Positions 1-8,140 of a stretch of 49,161 bases of DNA are shown here, in pieces. Position numbers and translations under genes: made by a program. Source of the stretch: Treponematales bacterium (GTDB lineage: Bacteria; Spirochaetota; Spirochaetia; Treponematales; UBA12059); NCBI GenBank assembly GCA_041741035.1, contig JBGSKZ010000745.1, forward strand, positions 1 through 49,161, in the 5' to 3' direction. How positions within the stretch are numbered: the first letter of the stretch is position 1; each line of letters begins with the position of its first letter. The notes beneath the pieces are model-generated. The model saw only the letters and a program-made list of their open reading frames with translations. It was not told the DNA's origin and did not search any database.

Positions 1-1
1 C

Positions 2-262
2 TATCCTGCCTTCGCGCCGTCAAGCCCGCGCCGCGCCTTCCCGGCGCAGGGGCCGGTATTCCTCGTGGAACGAGGCGGCGGCGCCGCCAGCGTACTCGTT
101 TTGATCAATTGCTCGCGCAGTCCGGCGAGGGTCGCCCTGCCTGAAAGCTGGCGCGTCGCGTCGCGCATCCTGGACCCATTCGCCCTTGGGGAGGGATTGG
201 CGCAGCCCGGCGCCACGTCGCTTATACTTCCGCCCTACGCCGTTCGATGGCTGGTCCCGTAG
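2..262 (+). CDS. Glycoside hydrolase family 13 (alpha-amylase-like) protein, C-terminal fragment; 5' end outside window
   Basis: Frame +2 is open from the window edge to TAG 260-262. The tail ...FLVERGGGAASVLVLINCSRSPARVALPE...SLILPPYAVRWLV resembles the C-terminal beta-sandwich ending of alpha-amylase-family enzymes (recollection, no search). Confidence 0.45.
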   Translation, partial: YPAFAPSSPRRAFPAQGPVFLVERGGGAASVLVLINCSRSPARVALPESWRVASRILDPFALGEGLAQPGATSLILPPYAVRWLVP

Positions 263-314
263 CCTCATCGCAGGCACTCAATACAAGTATATCTATAAAA
301 ATAAGCATGGCTTG

Positions 315-343
315 ACCGGACTCCCGCCGGTCCGGTATTTTAT
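315..343 (+). terminator. Hairpin terminator after the GH13-like gene
   Basis: ACCGGAC (315-321) pairs with GTCCGGT (330-336), followed by ATTTTAT. Confidence 0.5.
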
Positions 344-470
344 AAAGCAAGGGGGCAGCCATACGGTGCCCCGCGCCGCCTGAGGTAAATACAACGGCGG
401 AGAAAGCAAAATAGGGATTATGGAGGGCCTTGTCGCCAAGCCGCTCCGTGATCGCCAAAAGGAGCGCAAC

Positions 471-1397
471 GTGATAGACCTACGAAACGTCGTCAAGGCC
501 TTTGACTCGGTCAAAGCCGTGGACGGCGTTAATTTTTCCGCTAAGCCGGGGGAAATATTCGGGCTCATTGGCCCGAACGGCGCTGGAAAAACCACCACCA
601 TCAGGATGATCATGAACATCCTCGCGCCGGATTCGGGGAGCATCATGCTTGACGGCAAGCCCCTGGCGGAATCCGACAAGGCCCGCATAGGCTATCTGCC
701 CGAGGAGCGGGGCCTCTACAAGAAAATGAAAGTGGGCGACATGCTCGCCTTCTTAGCCGAGATCAAAGGCGCCGACAAGGCCGCGAGCGCGGCCCGAGCC
801 GACGAGTGGCTTAAGCGCTTCGACATATTCGACTGGAAGGGCCGTAAGATCGAAGAGCTCTCCAAGGGCATGGCCCAGAAAGTGCAGTTCATAGGCACCG
901 TGGCCCACGACCCCGATATCATGCTCTTCGACGAGCCCTTCTCGGGCCTGGACCCCGTATCGCAGGACCTCCTGCTCGACGCCCTGCTCGAGCTCAAGCG
1001 CGCGGGCAAGACCGTGCTCTTCTCCACGCATATCATGGATCACGCCGAGCGCATATGCGAACGCATCTTCCTTATAAATCACGGCAAGGAGGTAGCCTCG
1101 GGCAGCCTCGCCGAGGTAAAGGCGCGCTTCGGTTCGGACGCGGCGCGCATAGAATACGACGGCGACGCTTCTTTCGTAGCGGCTCTGCCCTACGTGAGCG
1201 CTACCCGCGAGTTCCCCCGCTGGATGGAAGTGGAGCTTAAGGGCGAAGACGCCGCCGACAGGCTCTACCGCGACCTCGCGGGCCGCCTGCGCATGCGCCG
1301 CTTCGAGCTACTCGAACCCAGCCTCCATTCCATTTTCATACGCCTCGTAGGCGGCGATACGGCGGAAACCGGCCGGGGGGAGGCTCAGCATGCGTAA
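471..1397 (+). CDS. ABC transporter ATP-binding protein (ABC-2/NatA-like)
   Basis: Walker A GPNGAGKTT, signature LSKGMAQKV, Walker B IMLFDEP, H-loop STHIM. GTG 471 is preceded by AAAGGAG (the ORF track opens at 420). Confidence 0.9.
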   Translation: MIDLRNVVKAFDSVKAVDGVNFSAKPGEIFGLIGPNGAGKTTTIRMIMNILAPDSGSIMLDGKPLAESDKARIGYLPEERGLYKKMKVGDMLAFLAEIKGADKAASAARADEWLKRFDIFDWKGRKIEELSKGMAQKVQFIGTVAHDPDIMLFDEPFSGLDPVSQDLLLDALLELKRAGKTVLFSTHIMDHAERICERIFLINHGKEVASGSLAEVKARFGSDAARIEYDGDASFVAALPYVSATREFPRWMEVELKGEDAADRLYRDLAGRLRMRRFELLEPSLHSIFIRLVGGDTAETGRGEAQHA

Positions 1398-2622
1398 GCT
1401 CTTAGCGGTGGCAAAGCGGGAATTCAAGGCGGCTGCGGCCAATAAGACCTTCGTCATCATGACCATACTCGGGCCTTTCTTCATATTCGCCGTTACGGTG
1501 CTGCCCACGCTCCTTACGAATAATCCTACGGTCATGGGCTCGGGCAAGACCTTGGCCCTGTATGCGGCTAATCCCGCGGTCGGCGATTACCTCGAGGGCG
1601 CGGTGGCGAGCCAGGGCATGACCCTGGTAAAGGTTAGCGACTCCCAGCGGGCTAAGGACATGGTGCTCTCCGGCGACTACGCGGGCTACGTGGAAGTGCC
1701 CGCTTCCTGGCCCGACGATGAGGCTCGCTACTTTACCAAGACCGGCACCGAGGCTACCATTTATGGCAGCATAGGGGCCATGCTCGGTTCCTATGCCACG
1801 CAGGCGCGGATACGCGAGGCTGGCCTAAGCCAGGAACAGGCGCAGCGCCTCTTATCCAGGCCGGATTTCAGGGTGATCAAGCTCGGCGCTGACCAGAGCG
1901 AGGAAACCAAGACCGATCAGGACTTCTTGGGCATCCTTCTTACCGCCCTTACCTTCGTCATGCTCATATACATGACCGTGCTCCTCTACGGCCAGATGAT
2001 AGGCCGTTCGGTGGTGCAGGAAAAGACGAACAAGACCGTCGAGATCATGCTTTCGAGCCTCTCATCCCGCGACCTGATGTTCGGTAAGATAGCCGGCTTG
2101 GGCCTGGCCGGGCTTCTGCAGTACGCGGTGTGGATAGGCATGGGCGTGCTCATGGTCACCGTGGTGGGGCCCGCCTTCGGCTTAAGCCTGCCCGCGGCCG
2201 TGTCGGTGGCCAATTTCCTCTGGCTCGTGGTGTTCTTCATACTGGCTTACTTCCTCTATGCCGCGGGCTACGCCGCCCTGGGGGCCGCCGCCGAGGACGA
2301 GCACCACTTAGGCCAGCTGGCCTGGCCCCTCATACTCTTCCTCGTCATCCCCATGGTACTCATCAGCACGATGGTCATGAATCCGGGCAGCCCCCTCGTC
2401 ATGGCCCTCTCCTTCTTCCCGCTTACGAGCCCCATAGTCATGCTGGTGCGCCTCCTCGTATCCGCTCCCGCCTGGTGGGAGCTGGGCCTGTGCATAGGCC
2501 TGCTCGTGGTCACGATCTACGGAATAGCGGCTTTCGGCGCCAAGATATTCAGGGTGGGCATCCTGATGACCGGCAAGCGCCACAAGATGGGCGAGATACT
2601 CCGCTGGCTCCGCGTTCGCTAA
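1390..2622 (+). CDS. ABC-2 type transporter permease (NatB-like)
   Basis: 410 aa: one N-terminal TM helix, a large soluble loop, then about 5 C-terminal TM helices. The ATG overlaps the ATPase gene stop by 8 nt. Confidence 0.8.
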   Translation: MRKLLAVAKREFKAAAANKTFVIMTILGPFFIFAVTVLPTLLTNNPTVMGSGKTLALYAANPAVGDYLEGAVASQGMTLVKVSDSQRAKDMVLSGDYAGYVEVPASWPDDEARYFTKTGTEATIYGSIGAMLGSYATQARIREAGLSQEQAQRLLSRPDFRVIKLGADQSEETKTDQDFLGILLTALTFVMLIYMTVLLYGQMIGRSVVQEKTNKTVEIMLSSLSSRDLMFGKIAGLGLAGLLQYAVWIGMGVLMVTVVGPAFGLSLPAAVSVANFLWLVVFFILAYFLYAAGYAALGAAAEDEHHLGQLAWPLILFLVIPMVLISTMVMNPGSPLVMALSFFPLTSPIVMLVRLLVSAPAWWELGLCIGLLVVTIYGIAAFGAKIFRVGILMTGKRHKMGEILRWLRVR

Positions 2623-2645
2623 AGCCAAGCCTTGTCCTAACGCTC

Positions 2646-2674
2646 GGCCCCGCCCGCAAGGCGGGGCCGTTTTC
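2646..2674 (+). terminator. Rho-independent terminator of the ABC-2 operon
   Basis: GGCCCCGCC-CGCAA-GGCGGGGCC followed by GTTTTCCC. Confidence 0.8.
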
Positions 2675-2676
2675 CC

Positions 2677-3801
2677 TTGCTTGCCGCTAGCAAAGTGGCT
2701 AGGATGGCAGGCATGCAGCATCATCAGCATGCGCTCCGCTCGACTCGGCTCGGTAGGCTTAAATATATAGCGAGGCGACTATTTCGCAGCTACCTGAGTT
2801 TCATGGTGGCCATACTCTGCATATCCGCCGTAGTCAATGCCACGATGGAGACCACGGTACGCAGCCAGATCGTCGAGATGGTTCAAGGCGCGGTCATGAA
2901 CAATTCCGAGCTAAAGAACGCCGAAGACGTCATAGCCTTCAAGAAGGAAACCATGGAAGCCTTGGAGCGCTCTTTCGGCCTGCACCTGCCCTCCTGGCAG
3001 CGCGTGCTGCGGCGTACCTGGTATATCATGACCCTCAATTTGGGCGACTCCCGCTCCGCGGTGACGAAGTATCCCGCACGCTCCAGCAAAGTACGAGATA
3101 TCGTCCTGGAGCGTACTCCTCACACCCTCATACTCTTCACGAGCAGCACCCTCATCAGCATAGCCTTAGGCCTGTGGTTGGGCACGCGCATGGCCGCTAA
3201 GCCCGGCGGCAGGCTGGATAGGGTAGCCAGCCTCACGACCATGGTCATGTACGGCACGCCCTCATGGTGGCTAGGCACCTTCTTTATCCTGTTTTTCGTC
3301 TATCTCCTACCCATCTTCAGGATAGGTTCTCTCTATTCCGCGGAGCCGCCGGCCGGCGCGATCGGGCGCTTTTTCGACTACCTGTCCTACCTGATCCTGC
3401 CCTTGCTTACCCTCGTGGTCATAAAGCTCTGGAGCTTCGCCTACCTTACCCGGTCGATGGTCGTCATCCCCATGCAGGAGGATTTCGTCATGGCGGCGAG
3501 GGGCAGGGGCATACCCGAGGCGAAGATACTGCGCAAGCACGGCTTGCGAACGGCGGCCCCGGGGGTTATGACCCTGGCGGCCCAAACCTTCGCCCAGTCC
3601 ATCGTGGGCGATATACTCCTGGAGCGGGTCGTGACCAGGCCGGGCTTGGGCACGGCCCTCTTCAACGCCCTGGGATGGAACGATATCAATTTAATAACGG
3701 GGATTTTGGCCATGGTGACGGCCATATACTGCCTGACCTATGCTTTCCTAGACATAGCCTACGCCATGCTGGACCCGCGCATAGCCTATGGGCAGGGTTG
3801 A
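2677..3801 (+). CDS. Binding-protein-dependent ABC transporter permease (DppB/OppB-like), orphan
   Basis: Multi-TM protein with an EAA-like loop (VMAARGRGIPEAKILRKHGLRTA) and the typical ending DIAYAMLDPRIAYG. The likely start is ATG 2704. No partner OppC/D/F/A gene is adjacent. Confidence 0.8.
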   Translation: MLAASKVARMAGMQHHQHALRSTRLGRLKYIARRLFRSYLSFMVAILCISAVVNATMETTVRSQIVEMVQGAVMNNSELKNAEDVIAFKKETMEALERSFGLHLPSWQRVLRRTWYIMTLNLGDSRSAVTKYPARSSKVRDIVLERTPHTLILFTSSTLISIALGLWLGTRMAAKPGGRLDRVASLTTMVMYGTPSWWLGTFFILFFVYLLPIFRIGSLYSAEPPAGAIGRFFDYLSYLILPLLTLVVIKLWSFAYLTRSMVVIPMQEDFVMAARGRGIPEAKILRKHGLRTAAPGVMTLAAQTFAQSIVGDILLERVVTRPGLGTALFNALGWNDINLITGILAMVTAIYCLTYAFLDIAYAMLDPRIAYGQG

Positions 3802-3822
3802 AAAAGCCCGCGCCCGGCGGGC
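3801..3822 (-). terminator. Hairpin terminator for the minus-strand regulator gene
   Basis: GCCCGC (3806-3811) pairs with GCGGGC (3817-3822). On the minus strand it is followed by TTTTT (complement of 3801-3805). Confidence 0.5.
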
Positions 3823-3869
3823 CTGAAAGCCGCGCGACCGAGGAAGCTTACGCTTCTGCGGCCGCCGCT

Positions 3870-4220
3870 TTAGGCGGCGCCGGGACGGACTGCGTGAATA
3901 TCGGCGCAAAGGCCCTGCGTTAACTGCGGGACATCTGCGCACACGCCCAGGATAGGCTTCTTGCGGTACAGGATCTTGCGTATGGCATCGGACGAGAGAG
4001 CGTATTCGTCGGCAAGCTCATTGATGGTCTTGCCCGCGGCCTTCGCTTCGCGAATCGCTTCGTCACGCTGGTCGAGCTGTACCCGGGTACCGTTCTTGTG
4101 TCCCCAGGGCATACGCTCTTGCGGCGGCCTCGGTATATACACCAAGGCCCCTTGCACGTACTTTTGGATCTCTGCGAGTAATTCTGGCGGGAGGGTATCT
4201 TCTCCCTTTAAATAAGACAT
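3870..4220 (-). CDS. Small CD3324-family / Mor-like HTH regulator
   Basis: N-terminus MSYLKGEDTLPPELLAEIQKYVQGALVYIPRP and C-terminal HTH TINELADEYALSSDAIRKILYRK match the CD3324-family pattern as I recall it. Confidence 0.55.
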   Translation of the reverse strand: MSYLKGEDTLPPELLAEIQKYVQGALVYIPRPPQERMPWGHKNGTRVQLDQRDEAIREAKAAGKTINELADEYALSSDAIRKILYRKKPILGVCADVPQLTQGLCADIHAVRPGAA

Positions 4221-4715
4221 ACGGAATCCTCTCGGTTAGCAGGGCGACTGCCGCTTGGCCGAGCGGAAAAGGATCATTCCGATAAGTAGGCGCTTCCGGG
4301 CGCCGGTGCCGGTTCTTCCGGCTACGAATCGTTCCTTCGCTGCTCAAGCGGCTCCGACGAATAATCGGACGGCGGAATCAGTTACTGCGTTGATCATCAT
4401 TGTGCGCCTCCTTGAGCGTTATAGGGCGATGCCGCGCTCGCGGCAAAGTGCCCTGGATTTACCTGAGAATTTACCACACAATAAAAAGCGTGTAAACTGA
4501 TCTAAACGTTATAATCATTTTTTCCCCTAGTACTTACATCGTAGAAAGTATTCATATAGCGGAGTTTTAGCCTTCTCCCTCCCTCTTTCCCATGCGATAG
4601 TAGCCTTGCCGGCATATCCTGAGTATTCGCTAGCGGCCGCAAGGCCGCCCATGCGAGAAAGGAGGCATACACGATGATTGACGCAAACAGGAGGGCCTCG
4701 GCCCTCTAACGCGTT

Positions 4716-4746
4716 CCCCGGGGGCTCCGCCCCCGGGGTTTTCTTT
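4716..4746 (+). terminator. Rho-independent terminator of a short orphan transcription unit
   Basis: CCCCGGGGG-CTCC-GCCCCCGGGG followed by TTTTCTTT. It lies just after an 11-codon ORF (ATG 4674) that has an AAAGGAGG RBS. Confidence 0.7.
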
Positions 4747-4753
4747 GCCCCCG

Positions 4754-4783
4754 TTGACCTTTCCCCCCCCGTAGTGCTAGATT
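4754..4783 (+). promoter_or_regulatory. Candidate sigma70-like promoter of the tRNA-Gly locus
   Basis: TTGACC (4754-4759), 18-nt spacer, TAGATT (4778-4783). The predicted start lies a few nt before the 12-nt tRNA 5' fragment at 4798. Confidence 0.4.
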
Positions 4784-5032
4784 TTCCCTTATACTTTGCG
4801 TCCGTCGTACAACGAGGGCTGATTTAGTCTACAGACGACCGAATTAGTGAAAAGCCCGAGATGAACGACGACAACCTTAGAATTCGTGCTGCTGAAAGCA
4901 GCACACGACAAAATGAGCGCGTCGTATGACGCTGGTAGATTCTGGCTCCAATTGGCCGAATGAGTACTAAGCCAGCGGCAAACGACGGCAACATTTAAAA
5001 ACATGTCGCGTATAGCGACATACGTTAATATC

Positions 5033-5104
5033 GCGTCCGTCGTATAGTGGCTATTACCCCAGCCTTCCAAGCTGGAGATGTGGGTTCGATTCCCATCGGA
5101 CGCT
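5033..5104 (+). tRNA. tRNA-Gly (anticodon UCC)
   Basis: Cloverleaf read by eye: acceptor GCGTCCG/CGGACGC, D-arm TATAGTGGCTATTA, anticodon stem CCAGC/GCTGG with loop CTTCCAA (UCC), T-arm GTGGG-TTCGATT-CCCAT, discriminator T. CCA is not encoded. Confidence 0.9.
5061..5104 (+). repeat. attL core: 44-bp direct repeat (3' half of tRNA-Gly)
   Basis: AGCCTTCCAAGCTGGAGATGTGGGTTCGATTCCCATCGGACGCT is identical to 44022-44065. Confidence 0.9.
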
Positions 5105-5122
5105 CTTGTGGAGCAAGGAATT

Positions 5123-5153
5123 ACGGAGCCTTAACAGGCTCCGTTTTTCTTTT
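5123..5153 (+). terminator. Rho-independent terminator after tRNA-Gly
   Basis: ACGGAGCC-TTAACA-GGCTCCGT followed by TTTTTCTTTT. Confidence 0.75.
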
Positions 5154-5203
5154 GGGTAGCAAATTGGGTAGTAAATATCTAAAATCGTGGTATCATCTTT
5201 ATT

Positions 5204-6406
5204 ATGAGAGAGCCCTTTATCCTGTATAGGCGTGCCGACGGCGCTTTGGATGGCAAGGTCTTCTATGTGCAGTTCTGGTCGAACGAGGCCGGAAAATACA
5301 TCCTGAGACGGTCCGTCGCCTCCCTTCTTGCCGAAATCACTGGCGTCCTGCCTCCAAACACGAGTCCAACAACCAAGCCCGGAGCTCGCCGTATCGTCGA
5401 AGCATGGCTGCAGTCCCATCGGCCGGTTTCTGCTAAAGGGCAGGCGCTAACTTTACTTGATTATCTGGCGACGTTCTGGGCCGACGAGGGCCAATATGCC
5501 ATGGCCCTAAGAGCTCGAGGCAGGGCCATATCGCCGGCCTACCTGCAAAATAACCGCTACCTTGTGATCAACCATGCAAAACCCTATTTTGAGGCCCATC
5601 ATCCAGGTTTATCCCTCTCGCTCGTAACACCTGGGCACCTTGAAGGCTTCGTAATGGCGCTTTATAACTCGAAAACTATTTCGCCACGAACGGTAAACAC
5701 GGCACGTCAGTCGATCACAGTTCCGCTTGCTGAGGCCTATAGGCTGGGTTTGATAAGCTCGAATCCTGCTGCCCGGGTGGCAAAAATGGCAGAACCTAAG
5801 TCAGAACGCACCATTTTGACCATGGAAGAGGCCAAGAAGATTCTGGGAGGCCCGTGGCCGGATACCCGGTACTACGCGGTAAACCTGCTGGCGGCAACGA
5901 CGGGCATGCGCTTAGGCGAGATTCGCGGGCTGCAGCTCGATGACATCAAGGCAGGGGAAATAATCGTAAGGCACAACTGGCAGGATAAGGAAGGCCTCAA
6001 GGCTCCAAAGTGGGGAAGTTCCCGCATCGTCCCGCTCCCTAAACAAACCGAGGAGGTATTGAGAGAGGTAGCTGCACAAAGCCCATGGGGAGACGGGTTT
6101 GTGATCTATGGATCCAAAAAGGGCCGGGCGTTATCGAGAAAGTATATTCAGGATCAGTTCACAGAAGCATGCACCGCCGCAGGGATCCCGGAAAGCGAGC
6201 GAAGGATACGGCATCTTACGTTCCATACATGGCGTCATTACTATAATTCTGTCATGCGCGATAAGCTTCCGGACTACGCACTGCGCATGCTCACCGGGCA
6301 TAAGAGTGAGGAAATGACGGATCGCTACTCACACCTGACGGAGGAGCAGCGGATCGCGGCGAGTGCCTTGGCAAATGATATCTTCGTTGAGGCAAGAAAG
6401 ACATAA
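5204..6406 (+). CDS. Tyrosine recombinase / phage integrase
   Basis: 400 aa. Catalytic-domain motifs: GMRLGEIRGL (Arg), HTWRH (HxxR), GHKSEEMTDRYSH (Tyr). It lies 100 nt downstream of the tRNA. Confidence 0.9.
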   Translation: MREPFILYRRADGALDGKVFYVQFWSNEAGKYILRRSVASLLAEITGVLPPNTSPTTKPGARRIVEAWLQSHRPVSAKGQALTLLDYLATFWADEGQYAMALRARGRAISPAYLQNNRYLVINHAKPYFEAHHPGLSLSLVTPGHLEGFVMALYNSKTISPRTVNTARQSITVPLAEAYRLGLISSNPAARVAKMAEPKSERTILTMEEAKKILGGPWPDTRYYAVNLLAATTGMRLGEIRGLQLDDIKAGEIIVRHNWQDKEGLKAPKWGSSRIVPLPKQTEEVLREVAAQSPWGDGFVIYGSKKGRALSRKYIQDQFTEACTAAGIPESERRIRHLTFHTWRHYYNSVMRDKLPDYALRMLTGHKSEEMTDRYSHLTEEQRIAASALANDIFVEARKT

Positions 6407-6611
6407 AATACTCAAAACCTTCTAAATCAACTCGGAGCCTTAAAATTTGATACAAGCTCGAATGAGCTTCTTGGCTTAAACCTGCTATAAAATAAATTAT
6501 TATAAGTGGATACCGCTGCGCTTCGAGCTTGAACTCAAGTGCTTCTTCCTTCTATAATGTTTCTTCGAGCCCCTCTTCCGCCTGAGCCGGGACGGCGAAG
6601 GCGGTCTTTAT

Positions 6612-8138
6612 TCAATAGTTTTTATAGAATGCTTCTGCAGTAAACTTAACAAACTCATCTTTTTGATCTATTCCTCGACTTATTACTTGCCATGGTTCCA
6701 ATCGTGATACCTCTGTCTGAAGGTCCTTTGCTGTTTTTTGACTGCAACCTAATATATCTTGAATAGAACTCGCAGATACACCATCACATTGAAAAATATA
6801 GGCAAACTCAAGAAGCTCCTGGAAGTTGAAGAACTTTTGCTGATAATCATTTGGTGACTGACTGGCAAAGAAAACCACTATTCCTTTTGATCTACCCTCT
6901 CGAATAATTCTCTGCAAAAATATATTCTTTTGGCCCAAATAATTATGCGCTTCATCAATTACAAGTATTGTTCGTATTGTTCTTTGATTATCAACAATAG
7001 GGCTATCAGGCAATACCGACATCTCTTTATACAATCGTTCAATCACAAGGTAAGCAACCAGTTCTTTAAGCACTGGCATCGAGTGAACATCAATTAATAA
7101 TGATCTATCCGTCAGCTTTTCGATTGGAGTTACATCTGAACCATGTGACCAGAATAAATTGAAATCTGATAAGTCACGGAGAACCTCAATAAGGCTGTCA
7201 TCCTTTTTCCCTTCTTCTTCATAACTCGAACGAGCAATATCATAGATATCCCTAAAATCTGGATATGGTATTCCTGTATTGGATCGGCTTGCATAAGCAG
7301 CACGAATGGCTTCTGTTAAGGCACCTTTCTGGACTACTCCAAGTTTAGAGTTAATAGACGCAAAGCTTTCTGCTTTCTCGCGAGCAGATATATTGATAGT
7401 TTGTTCATCGTAGTTTGGTAATATAAAAGGATTAATTGGAAGAGTTTGAGTACCTTGTAGAAGCCTATATACCTGTACTTTAGATACCTCTGTAAATTTA
7501 GAATTGTCTGCAACATCTCCTTTATAATCAAAATAAATAAAATTTGTTTGGTAATTTGATTGATGGCGAATGTCTGCTAGAATTTTTAACAAATACTGCG
7601 TTTTACCAACGCCAGGTTTTCCCATAATTGCCATGTGTGAATTCGCATGGATACGTGTATTGTTGAGTTCCATAACCACATCATTCTTTTGGAGAATCTC
7701 CTTACCGAGAAAAATCTCAAATCCTTTACCAAAAAGTTCTTTTCTTCCCCTAAACTCAATCCTTGAAACAAGCTTTTTTATTAATAAATCAGTATTATTT
7801 CCAGATTCTTCAAATATCTTTTTAAGTTTTAATGCACCATTATCAATATGATTCTTAATAATTGATTTATTTGAATAAAAGTAATCCTCTTCAAAATCAG
7901 GGCTTTTATATACAGCGCTAATTAGTGTTCGAATAAATAATTCATCTTGCCCCATAAATGTTGGGCGCTTAATTTCTGCGCCACTAAAATCTGAAGAAAC
8001 AGAAACATTTACACCATCCTCTGTAAGAGAAAGAATTAAAGCGATTCTGGCAATGACAAATTTTTCAAGTTTTGTTTCGAGCCGTAATGCACTCAATATT
8101 TCATCAGTTTCTCTTGTTGTATATAATCTATCAGCCAT
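6612..8138 (-). CDS. DndE-like N-terminal domain fused to a HerA/FtsK/VirB4-type (DUF87-like) P-loop ATPase
   Basis: N-terminus RLYTTRETDEILSALRLETKLEKFVIARIALILSL is DndE-like. Walker A MGKPGVGKTQ, Walker B ILVIDEAHNYL, then REGRSKGIVVFFASQSPNDY. It starts 2 nt after the DndD-like stop, with a GGAGG RBS inside that gene's end. Confidence 0.65.
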   Translation of the reverse strand: MADRLYTTRETDEILSALRLETKLEKFVIARIALILSLTEDGVNVSVSSDFSGAEIKRPTFMGQDELFIRTLISAVYKSPDFEEDYFYSNKSIIKNHIDNGALKLKKIFEESGNNTDLLIKKLVSRIEFRGRKELFGKGFEIFLGKEILQKNDVVMELNNTRIHANSHMAIMGKPGVGKTQYLLKILADIRHQSNYQTNFIYFDYKGDVADNSKFTEVSKVQVYRLLQGTQTLPINPFILPNYDEQTINISAREKAESFASINSKLGVVQKGALTEAIRAAYASRSNTGIPYPDFRDIYDIARSSYEEEGKKDDSLIEVLRDLSDFNLFWSHGSDVTPIEKLTDRSLLIDVHSMPVLKELVAYLVIERLYKEMSVLPDSPIVDNQRTIRTILVIDEAHNYLGQKNIFLQRIIREGRSKGIVVFFASQSPNDYQQKFFNFQELLEFAYIFQCDGVSASSIQDILGCSQKTAKDLQTEVSRLEPWQVISRGIDQKDEFVKFTAEAFYKNY

Positions 8139-8140
8139 TT

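Noticed and set aside
4255-4500. 81-aa plus-strand ORF, and an 18-codon minus-strand ORF with an AAGGAGG RBS (start ~4400), upstream of the CD3324-like gene.
   Set aside because: The plus ORF is antisense to the regulator's 5' leader and has no signals. The mini-ORF may be a leader peptide, but there is no supporting evidence beyond the RBS.
4798-5032. Possible tmRNA (GGGCTGATT-like start at ~4816 and GCAAACGACGGCAAC resembling an ANDxN tag-coding segment at ~4978).
   Set aside because: There is no tRNA-Ala-like 3' acceptor/T-arm with CCA. The putative tag frame ends ...GNI-stop rather than with a hydrophobic LAA-type tail. The segment is far shorter than a tmRNA.
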